64,000 nt of DNA from positions 896,001-960,000 of the forward strand of contig CAWETI010000003.1 of assembly GCA_963812015.1 (NCBI GenBank). The letters are read 5' to 3'. A program made the translations under genes and the position numbers. This document shows, one piece after another, positions 1 through 8,559 of the stretch. Position 1 is the first letter of the stretch; each line of letters starts with the position of its first letter. The notes beneath the pieces are model-generated. The model was not told the DNA's origin. It made no database searches and saw nothing but the letters and a program-made list of their open reading frames with translations. This DNA comes from an uncultured delta proteobacterium. GTDB taxonomy: Bacteria > Desulfobacterota > Desulfobaccia > Desulfobaccales > 0-14-0-80-60-11.

Positions 1-950
1 GGTGGGGCATTCTGTGTGAACACATAGAAAATTTTGCCATCAATCAAACTGGCGGATTGCCCCCGAGTCTTACCGGGCCGCCGCCAGTGCTGATAATCGC
101 CGGCTTCTCGGGCTCTTGTCCACCGGTGTTTCTCGAGAAGCGCAACCACATCCCCTCTTTCATTGAAGGCATCGCCTGGCCGTTCCGTCCCTTTGGGCCG
201 CCTGTGCCCTGTGCCCTCGATTTTGGCCGAGTCAACATACTCGTTGAGCGCCAAGGCTGCATTAATCAATATTTGGCGCTCTTCGGCGGTGATAATGGGG
301 ACAGCGGTGAAATCACCTTGCAGCAGCTCGTAACCTGGAGAGGGAGCCGACAGGAACTGTCCCCCTTCACCCCTGGTTTCAATCATCGTCATTATGACCA
401 CGAAGTTACCGTCAACCAGTCTTGGCACATGATGTTTACCTGCTATCTTAATGCTCATAGACGGGAGCACCTTCCTGACTGCCCCCTGGTCGGCAAGGTC
501 AATTTTAGAATCCCGCAAGCACACCAGGACTTGGTCAGTAACATCCTTGGCCCGCATCGCCAGCTTCAGGTTGCCGGGAATCGTGACCTCTGTACACCGG
601 TAGACCACATGGAGGCCGGAGTTTTGGGTCCTCTCCCGAATCAATCGTTTGGGTAAATCAAGCGAATCCTGGTTCACCAAGGCAGCCCAGGCGTCATAGA
701 GCTCAGCGAGGTGATCGAAATCCAGCATTTCCAGGTGGCCGGAAACCTTGCCGGTGACAATGCCGATGCTCTTATCGGGCTTCTGGAACCATCGCCGGAT
801 TTCCGAGATGGTTGGTAGCCGTCGTTGAAAAATCTTCCATTCCTGAAGGGCCGGTGCCTTGGTCTCCTTCACCGTCGGGATTACCGATAGACCGGCAGCG
901 ACATACTCCAGGGCCTTCTGGAATACGAGGTTATCTTGGGGTCTGGTCAT
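1..950 (-). CDS. Bifunctional DNA primase/polymerase (Prim-Pol, AEP family), C-terminus beyond window edge
   Basis: Not in the ORF track. Translated by hand from ATG at 950: MTRPQDNLVFQKALEYVAAGLSVIP...IGIVTGKVSGHLEMLDFD...SGLHVVY...IETRGEGG; DxD, His and ETRG motifs; frame stays open to the edge. Confidence 0.85.
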   Translation of the reverse strand, partial: MTRPQDNLVFQKALEYVAAGLSVIPTVKETKAPALQEWKIFQRRLPTISEIRRWFQKPDKSIGIVTGKVSGHLEMLDFDHLAELYDAWAALVNQDSLDLPKRLIRERTQNSGLHVVYRCTEVTIPGNLKLAMRAKDVTDQVLVCLRDSKIDLADQGAVRKVLPSMSIKIAGKHHVPRLVDGNFVVIMTMIETRGEGGQFLSAPSPGYELLQGDFTAVPIITAEERQILINAALALNEYVDSAKIEGTGHRRPKGTERPGDAFNERGDVVALLEKHRWTRAREAGDYQHWRRPGKTRGQSASLIDGKIFYVFTQNAP

Positions 951-1068
951 GGTGCTCCCCTTGGAATAGGGGGATTGTTGGTCTGATCGAAATTATGACC
1001 TTGGAGTGACTGTTCGGCATCGTTGGCCTCTTGTCGAAAGGAACATCTATCCCCACAAACCAGAGGCG

Positions 1069-1254
1069 TTAGTTCTCATCCTGTTGCCTCTCCAACCAGT
1101 CGAGCACCGCTGCCAGGCGAAAGCGAAGATACTTTCCCACCCTCAAGCGGGGCAAGGCTCCTGGCCCCACCAGCCTAGTGCGGGAATAAATCCATGACTT
1201 GGGGACCTTCAGTCGTTCCGCCAGTTCGTCGATGTTCAGAAGATCATTATCCAT
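1069..1254 (-). CDS. Excisionase/AlpA-like HTH (HTH_17) protein
   Basis: LLNIDELAERLKVPKSWIY...LPRLRVGKYLRF pattern, 61 aa. Confidence 0.85.
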   Translation of the reverse strand: MDNDLLNIDELAERLKVPKSWIYSRTRLVGPGALPRLRVGKYLRFRLAAVLDWLERQQDEN

Positions 1255-1284
1255 CTGAAAATTCCTTTCTTATTGGCAGGATTA

Positions 1285-1467
1285 TTAAAGCGCCTGTTGC
1301 AGGTCCTCAATAGATAGGCCCAAAACCTTTGCCAATGCCTCAATGTCTTTTTGTGAAGGAGTACGCCTCCCGGTAACAAACCGAGATAATTTCGCTTCCG
1401 GCCAGTTCAATTCCCGGCAAATTTCCCACTGAGATTTGCCATTTTTATAGATAAGGGTCTTTAGCAT
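1285..1467 (-). CDS. XRE/Cro-like HTH regulator
   Basis: SQWEICRELNWPEAKLSRFVTGRRTPS HTH_3 pattern; GGAGG RBS. Confidence 0.8.
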   Translation of the reverse strand: MLKTLIYKNGKSQWEICRELNWPEAKLSRFVTGRRTPSQKDIEALAKVLGLSIEDLQQAL

Positions 1468-1489
1468 AGGTTTTATAGACCTCCATTAG

Positions 1490-1515
1490 TAATTAGATAA
1501 TCTATTATCTAATTA
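1490..1515. promoter_or_regulatory. Palindromic operator upstream of the XRE gene
   Basis: TAATTAGATAA-tcta-TTATCTAATTA perfect 11-bp inverted repeat. Confidence 0.55.
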
Positions 1516-1528
1516 ATATTAAAAAAAA

Positions 1529-2044
1529 TTATACTTGCATTATTAAGGAATCCACAAATTCTTTGATAGTTGCCAGCTTAATAACAATTGTAATACCAGC
1601 ATGTTCTCGTAATGTGACCTCGCCTTTCTCGACCAAAAACGGGTGCCAATTAATAGTCTTGAATCCCATCGATTCATCATCCATCCATGATGTATCTATC
1701 CATGTAAATATTTTCTCTATGACAAGCAACTTGTCCATCTGCGCAGAAACATTGGCTAATGGCCGTTTGTCCAGTTCGCTCATCCTTATACCGAAACAGA
1801 AATTCTGAGCCATCGTCTCCCTGATTACTGGAATTGAGATATTAAGGTCCGATAGTTGCTCTACCAGACCAATCTGATAGAGATTGGCCAGTTCATATTG
1901 CCGGTGAATCCCTCTTCCATCGGTAAATTCGTAAATCCAGCCATAAAGCTGCATTATTCCCCACCACCTTAGGGTCTTAGCTGGGATATGACCAAAAAGT
2001 TTGTTAACTTCCTTTTGTGTAAAGATCTTCTTTGGTTCGTCCAT
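1529..2044 (-). CDS. MerR-like HTH protein (element regulator)
   Basis: FTQKEV...IPAKTLRWW...GRGIHRQYELANL resembles a MerR winged HTH; start could be 2053 or 2074. Confidence 0.6.
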   Translation of the reverse strand: MDEPKKIFTQKEVNKLFGHIPAKTLRWWGIMQLYGWIYEFTDGRGIHRQYELANLYQIGLVEQLSDLNISIPVIRETMAQNFCFGIRMSELDKRPLANVSAQMDKLLVIEKIFTWIDTSWMDDESMGFKTINWHPFLVEKGEVTLREHAGITIVIKLATIKEFVDSLIMQV

Positions 2045-2381
2045 ATGCGTCATCCCTGATAATAGATAATCCATTAACCATTATATTTTGTCAAGAAAAA
2101 TATTTTGCCAAATTCTGATCTATCGGAAATTAATCCGATGTCATGGTGGCTGGTCCGGACGAAGCGTCCAGGGAAATCCCTTCGTCTAGAGGCTTCCCCT
2201 ATCCCCTGAAACTCTCAATTCATGTGGTTTTCCATGTCATTTTTTAGTGCCCAAATGGTGCCCACAACACCCAAAACCAGGAGAAAAAGCCAAGGACCAT
2301 GCAAAAATATATCAGTATATTCGTCTTATATTTTTGCATGTTAGTGGCTAATAGTTGATTTCGATAGAAGTTCCCTTCACA

Positions 2382-2426
2382 CTCACACGGTGGAAGTCAC
2401 TGGTTCAAATCCAGTACCGCCTACCA
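2382..2426 (+). other. attR: 3' half of tRNA-Val(CAC)
   Basis: CTCACAC anticodon loop, GGTGG, T-arm ACTGG-TTCAAAT-CCAGT, ACCGCCTACCA; no 5' half/D-arm upstream. Confidence 0.85.
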
Positions 2427-2435
2427 TGAAAATTC

Positions 2436-2470
2436 AAGGGGTTACGGTTCAGGCCGGAACCCCTTTTTCT
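2436..2470 (+). terminator. Rho-independent terminator (native tRNA trailer)
   Basis: AAGGGGTTACGG...CCGGAACCCCTTTTT hairpin plus T-run; similar to the trailer after tRNA-Glu. Confidence 0.6.
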
Positions 2471-2640
2471 TTCCTGCCGTCAAGTTACCACCATTTTCCC
2501 TCACATGTCAGGCGCCAACCGGCCGCCGGCCTCTGGATTGGTGAGCTGCATCCGGCGGAACCCCAGGGTAGCCTGGGCGGCTAAGTCAAAATTCAAGTCT
2601 TATCACCTCTATGCCGAAAACACCGGTATGGAGGCTGTCC

Positions 2641-2928
2641 ATGAAAACCGGGTATGGATTTATCCAGCGGATGCAGAAAGATGAGCTGTTCCGCCGGCGG
2701 GTGAAAGGCTACCCGAGCGGCGAGGAACGCCTGGCGTTTTTACAACGCGAAGGATATGATTTTAGCCCGTTCATTCAAATTATCAATAACTTATCCTCAG
2801 GGCAATGGCCCACGGGCGGGGCAGGGCAGGCCGGCGGGAGTGCCACCCCCGTCAAGAGCCGCTCAGGTTTCTTGGGCCGTATCAGTCAAATATTTCGCCC
2901 CTCCAAATCATTCCATCCAGAACGGTAG
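2641..2928 (+). CDS. Nif11-like leader peptide family protein
   Basis: FIQRMQKDELFRRRV...EERLAFLQREGYDFS resembles the Nif11 leader; GGAGG RBS at 2630. Confidence 0.55.
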   Translation: MKTGYGFIQRMQKDELFRRRVKGYPSGEERLAFLQREGYDFSPFIQIINNLSSGQWPTGGAGQAGGSATPVKSRSGFLGRISQIFRPSKSFHPER

Positions 2929-3026
2929 CCTTTCTTTCGGAGTCGGGGCAAGCAGGCGGTGGGCAGGCGCCGGTTTGGTTGCGGCTTGAAGGCGGGGACA
3001 AGGCGCGGGGCCGGATGGCAGGGGGG

Positions 3027-4148
3027 TCAGGCCATGGCGGCCCGGGTCTTCATGGCGTCGGCTTCGCGGCGGCGGCCGGTCTCCTGTAAGAATATGGCAT
3101 AATTTTGCCACAGGTTGATCACCTCAGGGGCCCGGGAGTTCCGATGGCCGTCACAAATCTCCAGGGCCCACAGATAAAAGGCTTCGGCCTCAGCATACCG
3201 ACCCTGGGTATGGCGCAGGACGCCAAGATTATTGAGAGTTTGAGCCAGGTCTAGGTGTTCCGGCCCCAGTAATTTTTGCTGGATTCTTAATACTTGCTCG
3301 AGCATATATTCGGTTTCGTGGAATTCTCCGAAGACGTAAGAGAGTTCGGCGGCGGCTTTCAAATAAGTGAGATTAGACGGCCATAAGTCGGCGGCTTGCT
3401 GGTAATATTGCGCCGCGGTGAAATAATTGAAGTTGGTTTCCTCCAACTGGCCGAGGAGAAACGCGGCCCGGGCGGCCAGCTTCTTATCCCGGGCCGCAGT
3501 CAGCTGGGAACCAGCGGTCTCGGCCAGGCGCTGATTGATCAAGAAGCGGGCGCGGTGCAACAGGGCCGTGGCCTTGCCGGTTTCGCCGAACTTTAAGGCC
3601 ATCCGGGCCAGAGAGAGCTGGTCCGGGGCCACCAGGTCTTTAAAGTCATTCAGCAGCCGGTAAATGTTCTGGTGGCAGTCCAGGATTTCATGGTGCGTGG
3701 CCGAAAGATTCGCCAGCTTGGTGGCAATTCTTCCCCGGAAATTCTCCAGCACCGCCTGCAGGTCAAAGTCCAGCCGCATTCTCTCGCAATCCTCGCGCAG
3801 TGCTGCTTGCCGGCGGATGAGGGTGTCTTTAAGGTGATCCAGGTCAAGTTCAAAATCATCGGCTCCTTCCTCCCGGGGTGCACCGGGGGGCGCATATTTC
3901 TGCCGGGTGAGCCGGGATATCGTCCGCCGGTTGAGATAGGCGGATACGGTGCAAGTGATGACCCCCACCATCACCCCGCCGACCCAGATGATCCAAAGGC
4001 AGGTGAGGATGTCCGTGAGGTTCTTGTGGGCCAGATCGATTATGGCATAGAGGATATCCATAAGTGCCCCCATCCTCTCTGGTTTGACTGAACGAGTTGC
4101 TCGGCGATAGGGCCGACTGGCCAGTATGGCAATGAGAGAGGTTGCCAT
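3027..4148 (-). CDS. Membrane-anchored tetratricopeptide repeat protein
   Basis: N-terminal TM segment, coiled coil, TPR (LGPEHLDLAQTLNNLGVL); start may be 4061 or 4073. Confidence 0.75.
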   Translation of the reverse strand: MATSLIAILASRPYRRATRSVKPERMGALMDILYAIIDLAHKNLTDILTCLWIIWVGGVMVGVITCTVSAYLNRRTISRLTRQKYAPPGAPREEGADDFELDLDHLKDTLIRRQAALREDCERMRLDFDLQAVLENFRGRIATKLANLSATHHEILDCHQNIYRLLNDFKDLVAPDQLSLARMALKFGETGKATALLHRARFLINQRLAETAGSQLTAARDKKLAARAAFLLGQLEETNFNYFTAAQYYQQAADLWPSNLTYLKAAAELSYVFGEFHETEYMLEQVLRIQQKLLGPEHLDLAQTLNNLGVLRHTQGRYAEAEAFYLWALEICDGHRNSRAPEVINLWQNYAIFLQETGRRREADAMKTRAAMA

Positions 4149-4626
4149 ACGACACTGGACTGATGCAATAAATAGTTTAAAAAAAAGTTAAATACAATTA
4201 GGGAAAAGCTAATTCTGAGGTTCCAAATCCATAAATTACGCCTGGGAATTGGCTTCCCGGCAAGGGAGCCGGGGAAGATGGCCAGCAGGCCCGTGCGACG
4301 GGATAAAATTTCGTATCCGAGCCGCCGTTCTTGTTTGCCTAAAATTCATAAGCTTGTGCTAAAATACGACTTGACCGATCCTGGCGCACTCAGGGCGGCG
4401 AACCATGGGTTTCTCTGACCGCTAACTTCGGCGGCCGGTGGATCAGGAACGCCCAGGTGGGGATGCCCCGGGGTTTTGCTCTTTACCGCAGCCGCCCGCC
4501 TGGCCCGGGTCACGCAAGTTTTCGTTATATCGCCCAAGGTTCCGTTAGGAGGTTGTTGGCGCTGAAATCTTGGCCGAGTGAAGACAGAAGGGCAGGGGGG
4601 CCCACCCCGCCCGCAAGGAGGATATC

Positions 4627-5418
4627 ATGATCAGCCACCTGCTCATCCTGGTAATCATGGCGCTGAGCCTGGGGGCGAGTCCGGCTACAGCCGGACAGAA
4701 CCCCCCAACGTTAATGAGATTAAAGCAAGCGGTGGCTGCCAATCCGCAAGACCCTCAGGCCCACTACTCCTTGGGGTTGAAATACGAGAGCCTGGGGAAA
4801 ACGAAGCAAGCCATCGGGGAGTACCAGAAGGTCCTCAGCCTTAAACCGGATGATGCAAAGGCCCTCTATAGCCTGGGGCGTTTAATGGGTGAGCTCGGTG
4901 ATTTTGGCGAGTCTATCGAGATCCTCAAAAAGGCGGTGAAACTCAATCCGGATTTTGCGGCAGCCCGGAGCCTGATGGCGGCGGAATACAATCGGCAGGC
5001 GGTGGCGTTCATGGCCCAGGGCAACCTGGACGCGGCCAAGGAGGCCTTAACGGCCGGCATCGGGGCTAAAGGGGGGGCCGCCGAGACCGAGGCCCTGCGC
5101 AATAATTTGGGGGCCCTTTATGTCCGGGAGAACCGGTTGGACCAGGCGATTAAAACCTTCCAGGAAGTGCTCAGCCAAAACCCCAACGTTCCCCAGGCGC
5201 ACTACAATCTGGCTCTCATTTACTATAGCCAGGGGGACTACCAGTCGGCCTCGCAGCAATTTTTTGCTTTGAAGGGCATCGACCGCGCTATGGCCGGGGA
5301 GCTCTCGGATTATCGCTTCAGGATTGAAAAATCCCCTGATTATCCGGTCAAAACCATGCTCACGTTTCCGGGCAGTCCTCTGTTAACCGAGGGAAGCATA
5401 CCGCCGGGATTCAAGTAG
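4627..5418 (+). CDS. Secreted tetratricopeptide repeat protein
   Basis: Signal peptide; repeated AHYSLG/ALYSLG/AHYNLA TPR units; AGGAG RBS. Confidence 0.85.
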   Translation: MISHLLILVIMALSLGASPATAGQNPPTLMRLKQAVAANPQDPQAHYSLGLKYESLGKTKQAIGEYQKVLSLKPDDAKALYSLGRLMGELGDFGESIEILKKAVKLNPDFAAARSLMAAEYNRQAVAFMAQGNLDAAKEALTAGIGAKGGAAETEALRNNLGALYVRENRLDQAIKTFQEVLSQNPNVPQAHYNLALIYYSQGDYQSASQQFFALKGIDRAMAGELSDYRFRIEKSPDYPVKTMLTFPGSPLLTEGSIPPGFK

Positions 5419-5687
5419 CAAGCAGATTTGACCAAATCCCTTGGGGCTCCGGCGCCGACGGCCCGGGACCTTTGGGGTGCGCAGCCGTAAGGCCCACTCA
5501 GCGCGGCATGGGTTCACGGGATTAATGCCGCCGGCGGCCCTTTGATCAACTGCCTCACCGGGCGCCGTCAACCCGCCTCCCCCGTCCAATCTTTCCCGTC
5601 AACCAGCCAAATCCCCATTTGACAAGTTAGGGGCTTTGGGATAAAAATTATAGGATATATCGCCCTGTTAGCCCTAAGGAGATCAGT

Positions 5688-6905
5688 ATGGCCATTGAAG
5701 AATTCCCCCGGATGAAACGTCTGCCTCCCTATGTCTTTGCCACGGTCAATGCCCTGAAGATGATGGCCCGACGCCGGGGGGAGGATATTATCGATTTGGG
5801 GATGGGCAACCCCGACCTGCCCACCCCGCAGCACATCGTCGACAAGCTCATCGAAGCCGCGGGCAAGGCCGCCAACCATCGCTACTCGGCCTCCAAAGGC
5901 ATTACCAGGCTGCGGGTGGCCATTTCCGACTGGTACAAGCGCCGGTTCGACGTGGATATCGATCCGGAGACCGAAGCCATCGCCACCATCGGCGCCAAGG
6001 AGGGCCTGTCCCACTTGGTGTTGGCCACGGTGGAGCCCGGGGACGTGGTGCTGGTGCCCAACCCCACCTATCCCATTCATTCCGCCTCCGTGGTCATCTC
6101 CGGCGGGCAGTTGGTGAGCATCCCCCTGGCCCATGACCGGGACTTTTTTGCCGATCTGGCCAACATTACCGAACTCATCCGGCCCCGGCCCACGATGCTC
6201 ATCATTTCGTTCCCTCACAACCCCACCACCCGGTGCGTGGATCTGGAGTTCTTTAAGCGCATCGTGGAGTATGCCCACAAGTACAACGTGTACATCATCC
6301 ACGACTTCGCCTACGCCGACCTGGTGTTCGATGACTATAAGGCCCCCAGTTTCCTCCAGGTGCCCGGGGCCAAAGAGGTGGGGGTGGAACTGTTCTCCCT
6401 GAGCAAGAGCTATAACATGCCCGGCTGGCGCATGGGGTTCGTGGTGGGCAACCAGCGCCTGGTCCACGCCCTGACCCGGATCAAGAGCTACCTGGATTAC
6501 GGGGTGTTCCAGCCCATTCAGATCGCCTCCATCATCGCCTTGAACGGCCCCTACGATTGTGTGGAAAAGACCGTGGCCGTCTATAAGGAGCGGCGGGACG
6601 CCCTGTGCCGGGGGCTCCACAACCTGGGCTGGCGGGTGGACCCGCCCAAGGGGACCATGTTCGTCTGGGCCCGCATCCCCCGGAAATTCCGGCACCTGGG
6701 CTCAGTGGAATTTGCCATGATGCTCATCCGGGAGGCCAAGGTGGCGGTGGCTCCGGGCCTGGGCTTCGGCGAGTTCGGCGATGAATACGTGCGCTTCGCC
6801 CTGGTGGAAAACGTCCACCGCACCAACCAGGCCGTCCGGGGCTTGAGAAAAGTACTGCGCATGAGCCTGGAAGAACTGGGCCTGCCGGCAGCGCCGGAGA
6901 AGTGA
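5688..6905 (+). CDS. alaC: Class I/II PLP aminotransferase (AlaC / LL-DAP aminotransferase-like)
   Basis: [35 protein letters not shown]-lysine motif. Confidence 0.8.
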   Translation: MAIEEFPRMKRLPPYVFATVNALKMMARRRGEDIIDLGMGNPDLPTPQHIVDKLIEAAGKAANHRYSASKGITRLRVAISDWYKRRFDVDIDPETEAIATIGAKEGLSHLVLATVEPGDVVLVPNPTYPIHSASVVISGGQLVSIPLAHDRDFFADLANITELIRPRPTMLIISFPHNPTTRCVDLEFFKRIVEYAHKYNVYIIHDFAYADLVFDDYKAPSFLQVPGAKEVGVELFSLSKSYNMPGWRMGFVVGNQRLVHALTRIKSYLDYGVFQPIQIASIIALNGPYDCVEKTVAVYKERRDALCRGLHNLGWRVDPPKGTMFVWARIPRKFRHLGSVEFAMMLIREAKVAVAPGLGFGEFGDEYVRFALVENVHRTNQAVRGLRKVLRMSLEELGLPAAPEK

Positions 6906-6912
6906 GATTAAC

Positions 6913-6992
6913 TTGAGGGGAGGACCGGGGGAAGGCAATTCCCCCGCCCTCCCCTTAAACTCCCCTCCCAGCCCCCTGTAAGGGGTTGGGGA
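6913..6992. repeat. G/C-run REP-like dispersed repeat (family A)
   Basis: Near-identical to 23149-23222; related copies at about 11064, 13584, 14684, 19376, 21409, 57141. Confidence 0.8.
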
Positions 6993-7128
6993 GCAGTAGA
7001 GCTTTGCTTCCGGTTCCCAAACTGCAGTTTAAAATTATTTTGTCTAATGTGTTGGGTTTGGGGAGTGTAGAAAACCGCGTCCTGTCTGAGATCTGTTTAT
7101 TGACATTGGACAAATAGATATATTTTGT

Positions 7129-7977
7129 CTAATGTGTGTTTCTTTTTTTAGAAAAATTCAGCGACTCCCAAAGCTGGGTATTTAATCGGCCATTTGGCTG
7201 AATAAAATACGCTCTTCGCGCCTTAATTATCTCCAAGCCCGCAATTGCCTCAGAGGGTTCCTCGGACGTATTTGGCCCTTTGTAGATGACTCCTGCCAGA
7301 CTCCAAGAGCGGAGGCCGCTTGAAGATTCAATCACAGTGAGCATAGGGGCACCACTTATGCCGCTAAAATCAAAGTTCTCTGGCAGCAAACCTTTCCCCA
7401 TGACATTAATCAAGTGCTCGCGCTCAATACGGCTTGATACGTCAAGGTCACTGATACTACTAGCAATCCCCGATAAAGGTGCGGCTCCAAAGTCAATTAG
7501 ATTGTTTAGTGAAGGCCCAATCCTTTCAGTTTCTGGAAATCCAGAAAAGTATATTCCTCTGTTTTCCATTGGTGGCTTTGGTGGCCATGTTTTTTGATAA
7601 CCAGTCAAGATGGTTTTGTTGATTGATTTAATTTCATCAATAGTTATTTTAAATGTCGCAATGTCGATATCATCATGAGCATCAATGATGCTATTCTTAC
7701 CATCTATGTCAAACACCAAGTCGTGCCCAATTTGACAGGCAATAACTTTGCTCATTGAACGACCTTCGTTTAGCTTCTTTAGAACATGATAAGCCGTTAC
7801 ACCAAACGGCCCTTCACCTGCATCAAGGAAAAATGCAGAACCATTTCTAACTTTGAGGCCTGAATCACCTTCTTTGATAATCCAGTATAGCTGTGCAGTA
7901 AGAGACGTGACGAACTCCAACTCAGCCTTACCAAGCCCACCCTTCATAATTTCTTTTGCCTCTGCTTCTGAGAGCAT
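7129..7977 (-). CDS. Trypsin-like serine protease, cytoplasmic
   Basis: GSAFF, TAYHV (His), DIDIA (Asp), GISGAP (Ser) triad motifs; no signal peptide; AT-rich. Confidence 0.7.
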   Translation of the reverse strand: MLSEAEAKEIMKGGLGKAELEFVTSLTAQLYWIIKEGDSGLKVRNGSAFFLDAGEGPFGVTAYHVLKKLNEGRSMSKVIACQIGHDLVFDIDGKNSIIDAHDDIDIATFKITIDEIKSINKTILTGYQKTWPPKPPMENRGIYFSGFPETERIGPSLNNLIDFGAAPLSGIASSISDLDVSSRIEREHLINVMGKGLLPENFDFSGISGAPMLTVIESSSGLRSWSLAGVIYKGPNTSEEPSEAIAGLEIIKARRAYFIQPNGRLNTQLWESLNFSKKRNTH

Positions 7978-7981
7978 AAAC

Positions 7982-8374
7982 TCACCTCCCCCGTAGAGCA
8001 TTTATGCTCTGCCAACTCTGCTTTCCCGGTAATTTGCACTCCCAAAAAATCCATCCATTTACTGAATTTCCAGTCACTTGAATGGCCGCCGCGGACGGAG
8101 AAAAAAACTTTTTGTCATTAAGAACCAAAGAGCCATCATCAACTTTCGCGCAATACATCTGACCTTTATGAGAGCCCCTAAATTCCGTCCCGTGAGGAAA
8201 TGCTACACCCTTCACAACCCAAGGTTTTCCAAATTGAGCTTTTGGCGTCATGGGGCCTTGCCTTGGCTCCAAGCCAAAAAGTTCACGGAGAACGTCGTTC
8301 GGGGTAATGTCTTCGTTTTTGCGGCGACCAGTAATTTCCTTGAAAACTTCAAAATCAATCTCAATGGTTTGCAT
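7982..8374 (-). CDS. RAMA/DUF4357-like domain protein with N-terminal RHH/SeqA-N-like segment
   Basis: FFSPSAAAIQVTGNSVNGWIFW signature; AGGAG RBS. Confidence 0.7.
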   Translation of the reverse strand: MQTIEIDFEVFKEITGRRKNEDITPNDVLRELFGLEPRQGPMTPKAQFGKPWVVKGVAFPHGTEFRGSHKGQMYCAKVDDGSLVLNDKKFFSPSAAAIQVTGNSVNGWIFWECKLPGKQSWQSINALRGR

Positions 8375-8559
8375 ATACTATTCTCCTTTCTAATAGGTTA
8401 TATAGTGCTTATAGGAATATAAATAGTTTTTCATTTTGCAATTGTCAAGAAATAATTTCTAAAAATTTATCTGTGTCGTCCAATTTTAGATAGGCAAATA
8501 CGCCGCCCACTTCCTGCGCCATTAGACAAAATGCTTCAATTTGTCTAATCAACAAGAGC

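Larger units (their letters stand above)
1..2426. mobile_element. Right end of an integrative element / phage satellite inserted in tRNA-Val(CAC)
   Basis: Co-oriented MerR-like, XRE, xis and Prim-Pol genes, lower GC, ends in a tRNA 3'-half duplication. Confidence 0.75.

Noticed and set aside
57..656. 199-aa plus-strand ORF
   Set aside because: Antisense shadow of the Prim-Pol gene on the minus strand
2350..2426. Complete tRNA-Val gene
   Set aside because: No acceptor 5' strand or D-arm; only the 3' half is present
7030..7135. Integron attC, XerCD dif or Tn7 end
   Set aside because: No RYYYAAC/GTTRRRY pair, 9-bp rather than 6-bp spacer, and sites are palindromic rather than tandem TnsB-type
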